This document shows, one piece after another, positions 31,879 through 41,752 of a stretch of DNA of 55,890 nucleotides (positions are counted from its first letter, which is position 1; each line of letters opens with the position of its first letter). The notes under the pieces were generated by a model. The model was not told where the DNA came from, did no database searches, and worked only from the letters and a program-made list of their open reading frames with translations. The DNA is taken from positions 1-55,890 of the IMG/VR virus record IMGVR_UViG_3300009507_000022; one strand, 5' to 3'. The DNA comes from a virus (taxonomy: Duplodnaviria > Caudoviricetes). Position numbers and translations under genes: made by a program.

Positions 31879-32505
31879 TTAAATGATTTTATCTATAATT
31901 CCTAATTCTAAAGCTTTCTCTGCGGACATAAAGTAATCTGAAGATGAAATGTTCTCCCAATATTCTTTATCCATTTTTGAGTTATCAGCCATTAACTGAT
32001 TACACTCGTGTTCTAACTCCTCACTAAATTTGGCGTTAGATTTAACATCACTCAATTTACCTACTACAATAGTAGACAATTGGTGAACCATAATCTTGGA
32101 GTGCTTGGATGCAGCACGAAGGCCAGTTCCACAAGTCAACAACAATGCAGCCGCCGACATAGCAGCACCACGAACAATAATATTAAACTTAATACCTTGT
32201 TCTTTTTGTGACTGAAAGTAGTCGATGAGTGCAAGGGTTTCGATTACATCACCACCTGGAGAATTCAATAGGATATTGATGGTATTGATATCACCATTAA
32301 TCTTTTTTAACAAGCGAACTTTTGATACAATATCAAATGTTAATCCAGATGTAATTTCATCTTGAATAAGAATTACATTATCGGTAGTATCAATACCATA
32401 GTCAAACTCACGGTAATAGATACGTTGTGTATCACGTTCATCATTTGACTCGTAACTCATTTTATAATCCCCAGCGCTTACAGCACTCCCATATAACTCA
32501 TCCAT
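31879..32505 (-). CDS. clpP: ATP-dependent Clp protease proteolytic subunit
   Basis: NSPGG, GAAMSAA (catalytic Ser), MVHQ, DYFMSAEKALELGIIDKI. Confidence 0.9.
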   Translation of the reverse strand: MDELYGSAVSAGDYKMSYESNDERDTQRIYYREFDYGIDTTDNVILIQDEITSGLTFDIVSKVRLLKKINGDINTINILLNSPGGDVIETLALIDYFQSQKEQGIKFNIIVRGAAMSAAALLLTCGTGLRAASKHSKIMVHQLSTIVVGKLSDVKSNAKFSEELEHECNQLMADNSKMDKEYWENISSSDYFMSAEKALELGIIDKII

Positions 32506-32537
32506 ACTTAATATGTTATTTCAATTGTTTATTAGAA

Positions 32538-32569
32538 CAAATATACGAAAAATAATCCAATAATCCAAA
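32538..32569 (-). promoter_or_regulatory. Bacteroidota-type sigma70 promoter for clpP
   Basis: Exact consensus TTTG-N20-TATATTTG. Confidence 0.75.
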
Positions 32570-32570
32570 C

Positions 32571-33719
32571 TTATTTTTTTATATTACGTTGGGTAGCCAC
32601 ATATGTGTGTTTCTTCTTTGGTGATGGTTTTTTTTGGACTTCACCATAAAGTTGCTTTGCCTCCTCATCAGTAGGAACAAACCTTACTTCTTCTTTTTGC
32701 GATTGTTTTTTTTGAGGTTGTTCTTTTTCCACCTCTTTTTCATTATCTCCGCCCGTTTTTTCATCATCTTGTGGTCTTTCTTCTCCCACTTCATTTGTAG
32801 GTACTGATATTTCTGCGCTGTCCGTTTCATCATTGGTATCAGAAACAGTAGAGTTGATATTCCCAGTATCAAAAATATCAAGATTGCTATTAATTCGGTC
32901 ATCATCTTTATTTGTTAATTTATTTAATGCGATTACCATTGAGATTGCAAGTGGGTCAAATACAAATACAATCAAAAGGGTAAACCAGTTTACAATTACA
33001 TTCATAGGTTTGCCTGTGATTTCAGCCATATATCTCAATGGCCCGACTTCAGCAGCAACCTCATTATTGGATTCTAAATCTAATACTTGTAAATCAAGTG
33101 AGGTAAGTGAATCCGTTAATACCTCAATCTTTCTTGCTACGCCATCACGAGATTGTACAGCGGAGTTTAGTTGGTTCTCCAACGACTTTCGTTGTGATGA
33201 AGATGTTGTCGTGATAATTTGACCGGTTTCCCTATCACGATACTGAACTTGGTTGTTTGACAATCCATTTCTTAATTCAGTAATAGATTCAGCAAGCTCT
33301 TTCTTTTCCACATTCAAGTAATCTAATTGTTCTTGGAATCGTTCCTTCTTCAATTCAACTACTTGAACTTGTTTATCCATTATACCTAATTGGTCTGCGG
33401 TCTTTTGATATGCAGATGTTAAGAATCCATATATACCAGCAGAGGTGATTATCATTAGCACACCAACTGCAAGAGTAAGATACCATTTCATCCAACCAGC
33501 TTTGTTCCAATGGTTGTGTAAGTAAGATGCAATAATAAGTTTACTAAACTCCAACGCACCTGCCATTATAATAACTTCAGTTTTAGCTCCAGCGAATAGA
33601 GAACTTAACCCAAATACAGAATAGTATGCCGCTGAACCTGCAAGTGCAAATGTACTCACAATCATCAGTACTACAAACCCATTCTTCTTATTAAAAAATT
33701 TTATCATATTTCTTTTCAA
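32571..33719 (-). CDS. Multi-TM coiled-coil membrane protein
   Basis: Three N-terminal TM helices, a long coiled coil, GPLRY...VFDPLAI TM segment and an acidic tail. Confidence 0.7.
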   Translation of the reverse strand: MKRNMIKFFNKKNGFVVLMIVSTFALAGSAAYYSVFGLSSLFAGAKTEVIIMAGALEFSKLIIASYLHNHWNKAGWMKWYLTLAVGVLMIITSAGIYGFLTSAYQKTADQLGIMDKQVQVVELKKERFQEQLDYLNVEKKELAESITELRNGLSNNQVQYRDRETGQIITTTSSSQRKSLENQLNSAVQSRDGVARKIEVLTDSLTSLDLQVLDLESNNEVAAEVGPLRYMAEITGKPMNVIVNWFTLLIVFVFDPLAISMVIALNKLTNKDDDRINSNLDIFDTGNINSTVSDTNDETDSAEISVPTNEVGEERPQDDEKTGGDNEKEVEKEQPQKKQSQKEEVRFVPTDEEAKQLYGEVQKKPSPKKKHTYVATQRNIKK

Positions 33720-33868
33720 AGTTAGTTTTATTAACTTCAGGAGTTGTACTTATTATCAACTATCGTTTCGCTAAGCAGCTCAAGCAGTTAAGTTAACCTG
33801 ATAAGAATAAATATCAGGAAAATAATAATAACTTAATATTATCAAGCTTTCCCCATATTATGCCCTTT

Positions 33869-34771
33869 TTAGAGTGTACCAAAATTGGAAAGATAATTTA
33901 ACACAGTCAGTTCTTTCATCTTAGCCTCAATATCAATGTCAAGGTCGTGGCCATATGTGTTGATTGGTGAGTAAATATAATCAGAGTGTGCTTGTGGTTT
34001 TGCAGTAGGGTCTTCTAATGTCTTGGACTCTGAATAGTGAACAAGTGGTTTGATGTCACCCCAAGTGGACATAGCCAACTCAAGTGCTTCTTGTTCGGAC
34101 AAGTCACCAGTATTGAATGTGTGATGGTGATAATCAAAGACAATAGGAACGCCAGTACGTTCGTGGATGTACATAAGGTCTTTGACTGAATACATACTAG
34201 CCTTGTCATCATTCTCAACAGTCAGTCGTGTCTGAACTGATTCGGGTAATCGTTCGAAGTTCTTGATAAATCTATCCATCGCAGATTGTTTGTCACCATA
34301 GACACCATTACAATGGATGTTGATTAGATTGTACGGAGTTCTCTCTAACCCCATAAGGTCAAAGTGTTCTCCGTGTATAGAAAGGTCTCTAATGGTGTTT
34401 TCCACGACTTTCTCGTTGGGGGAGACCAACACATTGAATGGGCCGGGATGTGATGTTATACGTTGTCCATAGGTCTTAGCGAGAGTACCTGCGCCACGAA
34501 GTACATTGGAGAACTTCTCATAGTCAGGCATTTCTGATAATTGGAACTCACTAGCCCACGGAACAAGGTCAGATGTCATACGGAATAGCTTGAAGCCATT
34601 CCGATGATTCCACTTGATAATTTCTACAAGGTCTTTAGCGTTTTGTAACGCAAGGTCGGATGACCTACTAATACCCTCGGCAAGAAATGTTTTCTTAATC
34701 ATACTACGATTGGTAGTAATCTTATCCTTACGGAGTGTCATGTTGATACAACAGTATCCTAAATTTGTCAT
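33869..34771 (-). CDS. uvsE: UV DNA damage endonuclease
   Basis: LGYCCIN, LFRMTSDLVP, TSHPGPFNVL, LTVENDDK, VFDYHHH and QAHSDY; start moved to MTNLG, downstream of the promoter. Confidence 0.93.
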   Translation of the reverse strand: MTNLGYCCINMTLRKDKITTNRSMIKKTFLAEGISRSSDLALQNAKDLVEIIKWNHRNGFKLFRMTSDLVPWASEFQLSEMPDYEKFSNVLRGAGTLAKTYGQRITSHPGPFNVLVSPNEKVVENTIRDLSIHGEHFDLMGLERTPYNLINIHCNGVYGDKQSAMDRFIKNFERLPESVQTRLTVENDDKASMYSVKDLMYIHERTGVPIVFDYHHHTFNTGDLSEQEALELAMSTWGDIKPLVHYSESKTLEDPTAKPQAHSDYIYSPINTYGHDLDIDIEAKMKELTVLNYLSNFGTL

Positions 34772-34788
34772 AACTAAATCTTTATATC

Positions 34789-34845
34789 TAAAGATAATAA
34801 AAAAGGGGGACTTATACAAGCCCCCCTATGTTAAGTTTATGTTAA
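34789..34845 (-). promoter_or_regulatory. uvsE promoter with TTAACA-N5-TTAACA box
   Basis: TTAACA(taaac)TTAACA-N8-CTTG-N20-TATCTTTA. Confidence 0.65.
34799..34826 (-). terminator. Intrinsic terminator after dnaK, overlapping the uvsE promoter spacer
   Basis: GGGGGGCTT-GTAT-AAGTCCCCC followed by T6 on the minus strand. Confidence 0.75.
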
Positions 34846-36677
34846 ATTTCTTCGTGAGGAATATCTTCCGTTTGAGTTTGACCTGTATTCTGATAAAGTC
34901 TTGTAGTTATATCATTCCACACGGTCTCTAATTTAGAATGACTTTCTTTAATCTTCTCATAATCTTTCGTTTCGATTATAGAACTCAAATCAGACATCAT
35001 AGAATTCAATGCGTTCTTGTCATCCTCTGTAAGAGACTCAAGGGTCTTCATTTGTTTTTCAACTTCAAACATATAAGATTGTGCATTGTTTAAAATCTCA
35101 ATCTCCTCTTTACGTTTTAAATCAGCTTCCCTATTAACTTCAGCATCATCTCGCATCTTCTTTATTTGTTCATCCGACAATCCAGTTCCAGATGTAATAC
35201 GAATGGCTTGTTCTTTTTGAGTTCCTAAATCTTTAGCTGAAACATTTATAATACCATTTGCATCAATATCAAAAGTTACTTCAATTTGAGGAATACCTTT
35301 TGGTGCTAACGGAATATCAACCAGCTTAAACCTACCAAGGGTTCTATTGTCTCGTGCCATTGGTCTCTCACCTTGAAGAACATGGACATCCAACATAGTT
35401 TGATTATCAGCCACGGTTGAAAATGTTTGTGATTTTTTAACAGGAATGGTTGTATTGGAATCGATGATAGGTGTAAAGATTCCACCCATAGTTTCGATAC
35501 CCAAACTTAATGGAGTAACATCCAGAAGTAAAACATCAGTAACATCACCACCAAGTACACCACCTTGAATAGCAGCACCAACAGCCACTACTTCATCTGG
35601 ATTTACACCTTTGCTTGGTTTTTTTCCAAAGAACTTTTCAACAGCATCTTGAACTGCCGGAATACGAGTAGAACCACCAACGAGGATTACTTCATTAATT
35701 TCTGCTTTTGAAATTAAAGCATCTTCAATTGCTTTCTTACACGGAATCATACACCTATCAATCAACCCCGAAGATAGTCGTTCAAATTCAGAACGAGACA
35801 TGGTTTCCTCAAAGTGAATAGGGCCAGCCTCTGATACGGAGATGTATGGTAAGTTAATATTAGTTGATGCAGCAGAAGATAACTCAACCTTTGTTTTTTC
35901 TGCGGCTTCACGAACACGTTGTAATGCCATTGAGTCTTTGGTAATATCAATACCCTTTGATTTTTTAATCTTATCACAAACCCAATCGACAATTATTTCA
36001 TCAAAGTTATCACCACCAAGTTGAGTATCACCATTGGTAGACAACACTTCAAATACACCATCACCTAATTCAAGGATTGAAATATCAAAAGTACCACCAC
36101 CCAAATCAAAAACAGCAATTCGCATGTCGGTGTCTTTTTTATCAAGTCCATACGCAAGAGCAGCAGCGGTAGGTTCGTTGATGATACGAAGAACATCCAA
36201 CCCAGCAATTTTACCAGCCTCCTTCGTAGCTTGTCTTTGAGAATCATTAAAATATGCAGGAACCGTAATTACTGCTTTTGTAACTGATTCACCCAAATAA
36301 TCTTCAGCCGATTTACGAATGTTTTGTAAAACCATAGCTGAAATTTCTTGGGGTACATATTCTTTACCATTAGCGGTAATAATAACTGAATCACCACTAC
36401 CTTTGGATACCTTATAAGATACATTTAAATGGTCGGAGTTTAATTCAGAATACCTTTGACCAATAAATCGTTTTACCGAATATAATGTGTTTTCAGGATT
36501 AGTTACTGCAACTCGTTTAGCCGCAGCCCCTACTTTAATCTCACCTTTATCAAATGAAACTATGGATGGGGTAGTTCGAGTTCCCTCGGAATTTACAATG
36601 ACAACTGGGTCACCACCTTCGATAACGGAAATACACGAATTGGTCGTACCCAAGTCTATTCCAATAATTTTTGACAT
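34842..36677 (-). CDS. dnaK: Hsp70 chaperone DnaK
   Basis: [47 protein letters not shown] and [12 protein letters not shown]. Confidence 0.98.
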   Translation of the reverse strand: MSKIIGIDLGTTNSCISVIEGGDPVVIVNSEGTRTTPSIVSFDKGEIKVGAAAKRVAVTNPENTLYSVKRFIGQRYSELNSDHLNVSYKVSKGSGDSVIITANGKEYVPQEISAMVLQNIRKSAEDYLGESVTKAVITVPAYFNDSQRQATKEAGKIAGLDVLRIINEPTAAALAYGLDKKDTDMRIAVFDLGGGTFDISILELGDGVFEVLSTNGDTQLGGDNFDEIIVDWVCDKIKKSKGIDITKDSMALQRVREAAEKTKVELSSAASTNINLPYISVSEAGPIHFEETMSRSEFERLSSGLIDRCMIPCKKAIEDALISKAEINEVILVGGSTRIPAVQDAVEKFFGKKPSKGVNPDEVVAVGAAIQGGVLGGDVTDVLLLDVTPLSLGIETMGGIFTPIIDSNTTIPVKKSQTFSTVADNQTMLDVHVLQGERPMARDNRTLGRFKLVDIPLAPKGIPQIEVTFDIDANGIINVSAKDLGTQKEQAIRITSGTGLSDEQIKKMRDDAEVNREADLKRKEEIEILNNAQSYMFEVEKQMKTLESLTEDDKNALNSMMSDLSSIIETKDYEKIKESHSKLETVWNDITTRLYQNTGQTQTEDIPHEEI

Positions 36678-36702
36678 AATACCTCTTTTAGATTATAAAT
36701 AT

Positions 36703-36729
36703 AAAAATGGGTGGAATAAAACCCACCCA
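36703..36729 (-). terminator. Intrinsic terminator after hsp20
   Basis: TGGGTGG-GTTTTATT-CCACCCA then TTTTT on the minus strand. Confidence 0.7.
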
Positions 36730-36741
36730 CCCTTAACATAA

Positions 36742-37089
36742 CTACTTAACTTTAACATCAATCTTTTTAGCCGCTCGGTCTTCGTATTTGGGAATAGTAA
36801 CGGAGAGAATACCATCCTTTGCAATGGCAGATGTTTGGTTGATGTCAAATGCATCGTGGATTTTGTATCTCTTATGGAATTTACGACTTTCCTTTTCGGC
36901 TTTAACTTCCAACATTCGGTCTTCAACTGTAACCTCAATATCTTTATTAGATAAGCCAGGAACTTCAAACTCAATAGTCAATACATCATCCTTCAAATAT
37001 GCAGTATGAGTTGATATACGATGGCTATCCCAGCCACCAGAAACCATATCAGAAACCATAGTGTGAAATGTTGAATCAAATAGTGTCAT
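36742..37089 (-). CDS. Small heat-shock protein (Hsp20/alpha-crystallin)
   Basis: EVPGLSNKDIEV...A...DGILSVTIPK...KKIDVK. Confidence 0.92.
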   Translation of the reverse strand: MTLFDSTFHTMVSDMVSGGWDSHRISTHTAYLKDDVLTIEFEVPGLSNKDIEVTVEDRMLEVKAEKESRKFHKRYKIHDAFDINQTSAIAKDGILSVTIPKYEDRAAKKIDVKVK

Positions 37090-37126
37090 ATATTACCCTT
37101 TTTAATGTTAATGTGTTATTAAAAGG

Positions 37127-37166
37127 ACAAATTCCCTACCAATAGTGTATTTTATGACACTTTGTC
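37127..37166 (-). promoter_or_regulatory. Sigma54-like -24/-12 promoter with upstream palindrome for hsp20
   Basis: TGGTAGGGAATTTGT (37141-37127) has the same spacing as TGGCACG-N4-TTGC; GACA-N3-TGTC palindrome at 37156-37166. Confidence 0.5.
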
Positions 37167-37511
37167 TTAATTTACCGACAATGGGTCAATCTTACTGACA
37201 AGTTTGTAAAATCGTGACTGACCTCGTGTGTGCTCGTGGAGAAGAATAAACCCATCCATCTTAAACATACTAACTGTTTTATCAGCAACACCATCATCAT
37301 CACAAGTAACAATAACATGAGTATCAGTTAATACAACATCAACAGAAGTGATTGGAGAATCATCTTCCTCATCAAAATCAAATTCACCTTCAATAGAATC
37401 ATCATCTAAATTGAAGTAATCATACATATACTCCAATTTGGATACATCGGACAACGACATAAAGAAGTTGTATTCGGCATCATCCCAAATCCAATCGCCA
37501 TAATCTTCCAT
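37167..37511 (-). CDS. Acidic hypothetical protein
   Basis: Likely start MEDYGDW at 37511, with GGAGGA upstream, rather than 37562. Confidence 0.6.
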   Translation of the reverse strand: MEDYGDWIWDDAEYNFFMSLSDVSKLEYMYDYFNLDDDSIEGEFDFDEEDDSPITSVDVVLTDTHVIVTCDDDGVADKTVSMFKMDGFILLHEHTRGQSRFYKLVSKIDPLSVN

Positions 37512-37533
37512 ATGACATCCTCCTTTATTATAA

Positions 37534-37851
37534 CTATCCACGAATTGATTTATGTATCTCATTTAAGAACGATAATGCTTCTTTATTTAAATACTCACCC
37601 TCTTTGATTGATTCTAAACATATCTCAACAAACACTCGATACAATTTAGAGTCTTCGGATAAGTCAAAATATAAATCATTAAGAGTTGATATCATTTGTG
37701 ATTTATAAGATACCCTCACTTCGCCGGTTGGGTTATCGTGGATTATGAGGTCTTTAATCTTACTTTTAGAAATAGTAAAATAGGGGTCTCTTCGTTCTAT
37801 TAAGATTGAAGAAACCCCATCATCTTTTACATATTCCAAGAGAGTATTCAA
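37534..37851 (-). CDS. Hypothetical protein
   Basis: ORF track; co-oriented and tightly packed. Confidence 0.6.
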   Translation of the reverse strand: MNTLLEYVKDDGVSSILIERRDPYFTISKSKIKDLIIHDNPTGEVRVSYKSQMISTLNDLYFDLSEDSKLYRVFVEICLESIKEGEYLNKEALSFLNEIHKSIRG

Positions 37852-37857
37852 GGTATC

Positions 37858-38157
37858 TTACTGAAGAGTCCCTACACGATATCTCATTTGAGTAGAAGTC
37901 AATGCGGTATCAAGAGTTTGCATAATCTTGATAGCTTCAGCTTTAGTCAATTCGATTTCGTGATTGCCGATAATCAAAGAACCAATTTCAGTCGTGTTCC
38001 TAATTGGAAAGTCCTCCGGCTTCAAATCTGGATTAAATCCAAAATCAATTGAGGTGTAGTTCTTACCAAATGCTTTTGATTGTCTCTGAACTTCAGAATC
38101 CGTAACACCATACGACTGGTTGACATAACCACGTTGGTTCTTATTAAACTTTTTCAT
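37858..38157 (-). CDS. Hypothetical protein
   Basis: ORF track; preceded by a TATTTATA motif. Confidence 0.65.
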   Translation of the reverse strand: MKKFNKNQRGYVNQSYGVTDSEVQRQSKAFGKNYTSIDFGFNPDLKPEDFPIRNTTEIGSLIIGNHEIELTKAEAIKIMQTLDTALTSTQMRYRVGTLQ

Positions 38158-38207
38158 ATTATAAGAATTAGAATTTCCTATAAATAGTTTAGTATAGTTT
38201 AATAAAA

Positions 38208-38504
38208 TTATTTTTTACGATTTCTTCGAGCAACTCTATCAAATTTTTTCTCATTAAAGTCCATAGAGAATTTATCAGGATGAGTACGATTCAAGTTTTG
38301 TTCCAACTTAACACATTCGTTCGCCCAATACCAAGCCATTTGAACATTTGGTTGTGGGGGAATCATAAATTCAGAACCAATGGTAGACCCAACACCATCT
38401 GAAACATAGTATTGACCATTTAAATTTATTTGAGTTTTTGCGTTAGGGTACTTTTTCTGAACCTTACGTTTGTAAGATTGGAACTTCTTCTTGTTAATTT
38501 CCAT
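38208..38504 (-). CDS. Hypothetical protein
   Basis: ORF track; overlaps the upstream gene. Confidence 0.65.
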   Translation of the reverse strand: MEINKKKFQSYKRKVQKKYPNAKTQINLNGQYYVSDGVGSTIGSEFMIPPQPNVQMAWYWANECVKLEQNLNRTHPDKFSMDFNEKKFDRVARRNRKK

Positions 38505-38706
38505 TACTTAATGATTTTGTCAATCCACGAATAATATGGCAATGTGATAACTCTTTATTTACCGAACACTCTTCAAGATGTTTTCCGTTTTCTAATTCAA
38601 CAGAATAAATCCATCCTCTTTTTAGTTTTCTTCGTAGAGAAACAGTACCCACTCGGTGGATACGATTTACTCTTACGACTACCATATCTCCTACGGAGTA
38701 TATCAT
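38494..38706 (-). CDS. Small basic SH3-like hypothetical protein
   Basis: YSVGDMVVV...GTV...YSVEL pattern; ATGA coupling. Confidence 0.6.
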   Translation of the reverse strand: MIYSVGDMVVVRVNRIHRVGTVSLRRKLKRGWIYSVELENGKHLEECSVNKELSHCHIIRGLTKSLSNGN

Positions 38707-38903
38707 TGAATTACCTTAATTACTTTAGTTTCAATAACTGCGTTTACTTCGTACTCCAAGTTTGAACCTTCAAACTCGGTAACTACTTTTGCCTCTGCAT
38801 CAGTAACCGATACTGCATCAACAATATATTGTTCGGTTACTTTTTTGACACGACCTTTGTCATCTTCGTGATGAACTTTAACTTTAGCGATGTAATAAGC
38901 CAT
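38703..38903 (-). CDS. DUF4494-like protein
   Basis: YIAKVK...GRVKKVTEQYIVDAVSVTDAEAKV, a family typical of Bacteroidota and their phages. Confidence 0.75.
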   Translation of the reverse strand: MAYYIAKVKVHHEDDKGRVKKVTEQYIVDAVSVTDAEAKVVTEFEGSNLEYEVNAVIETKVIKVIQ

Positions 38904-38914
38904 AGTGTTTAAAT

Positions 38915-39520
38915 TTAAAATTGATTATAATTAGTGTTTAACATTTCAAAAAGTTCAATTTCATCTACCAATTTGTAGTCACCATTAGGGCCACCACTAT
39001 GATAGTCTTGAAAAATTGTATGGTAAAATTGAACCATCTTTTCACCATCATGCTGTTTACCAGCAGGCACAACGATGATTTCGTAATTGTCTCCATAGTC
39101 AATGAATCGGATTGAATCATCAGCGCCAGTTACTTTGTAGACCTCATGTGAGTAATTGATATCCATAATTTCATCTATTTGAATTGCGTTTGTTTGTAGT
39201 TGTTCGTTTACAAGTATACCTTCTTCAGTTGCTTCATATGCCAACCGACCTTCTTCATTCACTACTAATCGTACTAATCCTTTTTCCGATAGTGATTCAA
39301 GAGTTTGGTCTACTTCCCATGTATTGTATTTAGTCAAAGATTGGTGAAGAATATCTGACAACAAATCCATGTCATCGGCATCTTCCAATTCATCAGCCAA
39401 GAAGTGAAGAAACATCTCCACATTTTCAATCTTCATCATCTCAAAGAAATCGCTCTTATATAATTCCTTTCTAATGTTCGAGAAGACATCATCAAACTCC
39501 TCTGCGCTCCATTGACTCAT
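38915..39520 (-). CDS. Acidic hypothetical protein (possible winged-helix segment)
   Basis: TLESLSEKGLV...YEATEEG. Confidence 0.6.
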   Translation of the reverse strand: MSQWSAEEFDDVFSNIRKELYKSDFFEMMKIENVEMFLHFLADELEDADDMDLLSDILHQSLTKYNTWEVDQTLESLSEKGLVRLVVNEEGRLAYEATEEGILVNEQLQTNAIQIDEIMDINYSHEVYKVTGADDSIRFIDYGDNYEIIVVPAGKQHDGEKMVQFYHTIFQDYHSGGPNGDYKLVDEIELFEMLNTNYNQF

Positions 39521-39683
39521 ATTGTTCTTTTATTGATTGGTAGTATTCCATAGATTCAACCGAACCCATTAACATATCAGCACTACCATAGTTTTCTAAT
39601 ACACTCTTTACCCCAAAGTCATATACCATATTCTGAAGTAATGACTTACTTGGAAGGATTCGTTTATTCATTCCCATCTTCAA
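39492..39683 (-). CDS. Hypothetical protein
   Basis: ORF track; fills the gap between neighbours. Confidence 0.5.
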   Translation of the reverse strand: MKMGMNKRILPSKSLLQNMVYDFGVKSVLENYGSADMLMGSVESMEYYQSIKEQYESMERRGV

Positions 39684-39954
39684 ACTTTTCTTTGAGTTTA
39701 TTCAAAACCCATTCGTTACGTTTGGCGTTATATTCTTTTGACATTGTATTCAATGACTCATGTTCCTTGTCGGATATGTCACGACCCTCAACCTTTGCTG
39801 CTGTATATGCGTATCGTTTAAGGTAATAGCCCGGCAATGGTTTAGTGAATTGTTTTAAATACTCAGCCTTAGCATCCAAGTAGTCCAAGAACTCATCTTC
39901 AGTCAATGACTTCATTTGTTCTTCGGTTAATTCGTTATTAGGGTCGTAAATCAT
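39664..39954 (-). CDS. Hypothetical protein
   Basis: ORF track; directly downstream of a promoter. Confidence 0.65.
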   Translation of the reverse strand: MIYDPNNELTEEQMKSLTEDEFLDYLDAKAEYLKQFTKPLPGYYLKRYAYTAAKVEGRDISDKEHESLNTMSKEYNAKRNEWVLNKLKEKFEDGNE

Positions 39955-39959
39955 CTTGA

Positions 39960-39991
39960 CAAATATACAAAATTAATTTTAAATATCCAAG
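39960..39991 (-). promoter_or_regulatory. Bacteroidota-type sigma70 promoter
   Basis: CTTG-N20-TATATTTG, 5 nt before the ATG at 39954. Confidence 0.7.
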
Positions 39992-40392
39992 CCTCTCCGG
40001 CGCATTTTTTCGTGACAATAATAGTCATACAATTCTTCCAAGTCCATCGGGTCAGCTTTCATCATCTCATCCCAAAGGTCAAATCCAAACTCTTCTCGTA
40101 ACTCATTACGAAGATTGGTTAACAAACGAATCTCGTGAGCGTGTCCTTCTTCATCAAGTTTAAGGGCCCGTACATTCTTCATCTTGGCAGTCACACGGGC
40201 TTGTCCGTAGTCACCTGTCCTCTTCATAGTTTCTTGGAAGAGGGAAGCGTACTCTTGTCGAGACGCCTCCGCTTCCGTGAAGTAATGAGAGTAATTAAAG
40301 TCCCCATTTTTTATCTTGTCAAACAAGTGTGCGGATTGGGGAAGTTTCCGTTTCTTATTACCCTTCCACCATTGGTATGGATTATATGCCAT
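39979..40392 (-). CDS. Hypothetical protein
   Basis: ORF track; directly downstream of the AAA gene. Confidence 0.65.
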   Translation of the reverse strand: MAYNPYQWWKGNKKRKLPQSAHLFDKIKNGDFNYSHYFTEAEASRQEYASLFQETMKRTGDYGQARVTAKMKNVRALKLDEEGHAHEIRLLTNLRNELREEFGFDLWDEMMKADPMDLEELYDYYCHEKMRRRGLDI

Positions 40393-40394
40393 CT

Positions 40395-41657
40395 TTAGAA
40401 AGGATTAGAAATATCAGCAGTTTCAACATTGAACAAGTCCTCATTTTCAGGGGTCTTACCCAAGAACTTCTGAACGTATTGTTTCATATAAACTCGTTCT
40501 GAATCAGCACCACCACTTTGGTCGAACATTGGGTAGATGGTAATCTCAGCAGCTTCCTCAAGGGAGAACCCATCGTAAAGTAGAGAACCAATCTCGACAG
40601 CGGTACGAGTCGAAAGTGAGTTAGACAACTTTGGTGACTCGGACAACAACTCACCACGAGTCATAGAAGTAATCTCAGCAACCGACTGAAGGAGGTTCAT
40701 CTCAACCGAAGGATACATCATTGAGAGGAGTTCTGACTCTTCATATTGTGACAACGTATCCATCTCAATCACAACGAATCGGTCAAGGATAGCCCGGTCA
40801 AGAGCTCGTGTGGCTGTGTACTCATTACCGATGTTAGCAGAGGCGATGAAGGACACACCCTCGGCCACCTTGACAACAGGAGCGTCAGCAGCCTCATCCA
40901 AACGTAGGTATCGTTGACCCAAGTCAAGAACCGACATCAAGATGTTGTGAGCCTCTGGATGAGCACGAGTCAACTCATCAAGAATCACCACGGTGTTTGG
41001 AGTTTGAATCGCCTTGACAAAAGGTGAGGGGTTGAAGACCGTACCCTTCTTGGTATCAAATTGAGTATTACCAATCAGAGTGGTTCGTGGGTCTTGAGTA
41101 GCACCCAAGTTGATGATGAAAGTGTTGTAACCCTCAATCGAATTAGCAGCAGCCTTGGCCGCCATAGTCTTACCACATCCGGCGGGACCAGTCATCATAA
41201 TGTTCTTACCACGAATGATGTTACGAATAAGATACTTCCACTTGAGGGAGTTCATAAACAACATCTTTGGTTTCAAACCATTAGCATCCTCGTGGATGAA
41301 TTTCAAGACATCATCGGTCATTTCAATAGAGGCCGGAGCCGGAGTATTAGGTTCATATTTCAAAGCGACAAGACCGCCATTCGGTGCGGTGAAGTTACCA
41401 ACTGGTTCAGGATTAGTCTCAACCTTCTCAACTGGCACACGAGTGTGACCAATCTCACCATTCTTTAAAGTACCAACGACACGAACCTTCCAAGCCCACT
41501 TGGCCGGATTGTTAGCAGCCGCTCGGGCACGTTTGTAAAGGGAAGACCCATTCTCATTAAGTTCAGGGATGTTAAAGGTAACACCTTCTGAATCTTGGAA
41601 CATTAGTAGATTGTCAACCTCAACAATCTTACCGAAAACTGATTTTTGTGCTTTCAT
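40395..41657 (-). CDS. MoxR/CbbQ/CobS-like AAA+ ATPase
   Basis: Walker A GPAGCGKT, Walker B VILDE, IASAN, arginine finger ILDRF, STR. Confidence 0.9.
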   Translation of the reverse strand: MKAQKSVFGKIVEVDNLLMFQDSEGVTFNIPELNENGSSLYKRARAAANNPAKWAWKVRVVGTLKNGEIGHTRVPVEKVETNPEPVGNFTAPNGGLVALKYEPNTPAPASIEMTDDVLKFIHEDANGLKPKMLFMNSLKWKYLIRNIIRGKNIMMTGPAGCGKTMAAKAAANSIEGYNTFIINLGATQDPRTTLIGNTQFDTKKGTVFNPSPFVKAIQTPNTVVILDELTRAHPEAHNILMSVLDLGQRYLRLDEAADAPVVKVAEGVSFIASANIGNEYTATRALDRAILDRFVVIEMDTLSQYEESELLSMMYPSVEMNLLQSVAEITSMTRGELLSESPKLSNSLSTRTAVEIGSLLYDGFSLEEAAEITIYPMFDQSGGADSERVYMKQYVQKFLGKTPENEDLFNVETADISNPF

Positions 41658-41696
41658 AGAAAACTGATTTAATTATTATCTCTCATTATTACTCTG

Positions 41697-41752
41697 TAAA
41701 TGTACGAAACATATTGGTTAAAACCAAATCTTTAATGTTAACAAATTGTTAA
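41697..41752 (-). promoter_or_regulatory. AAA-gene promoter with TTAACA-N5-TTAACA box
   Basis: TTAACA(atttg)TTAACA-N7-TTTG-N20-TACATTTA. Confidence 0.7.

Noticed and set aside
34772-34819. N-terminal extension of UvsE in the ORF track
   Set aside because: It runs through the dnaK terminator and the uvsE promoter; family similarity starts at MTNLGY.
8468-36677. Inteins or group I introns in SbcCD, primase or DnaK
   Set aside because: No intein C/S...HN junction motifs, no homing-endonuclease motifs and no unexplained interruptions were seen.
36693-36974. 93-aa alternative-frame ORF over hsp20
   Set aside because: It is an out-of-frame overlap with a clear Hsp20 and crosses its terminator.
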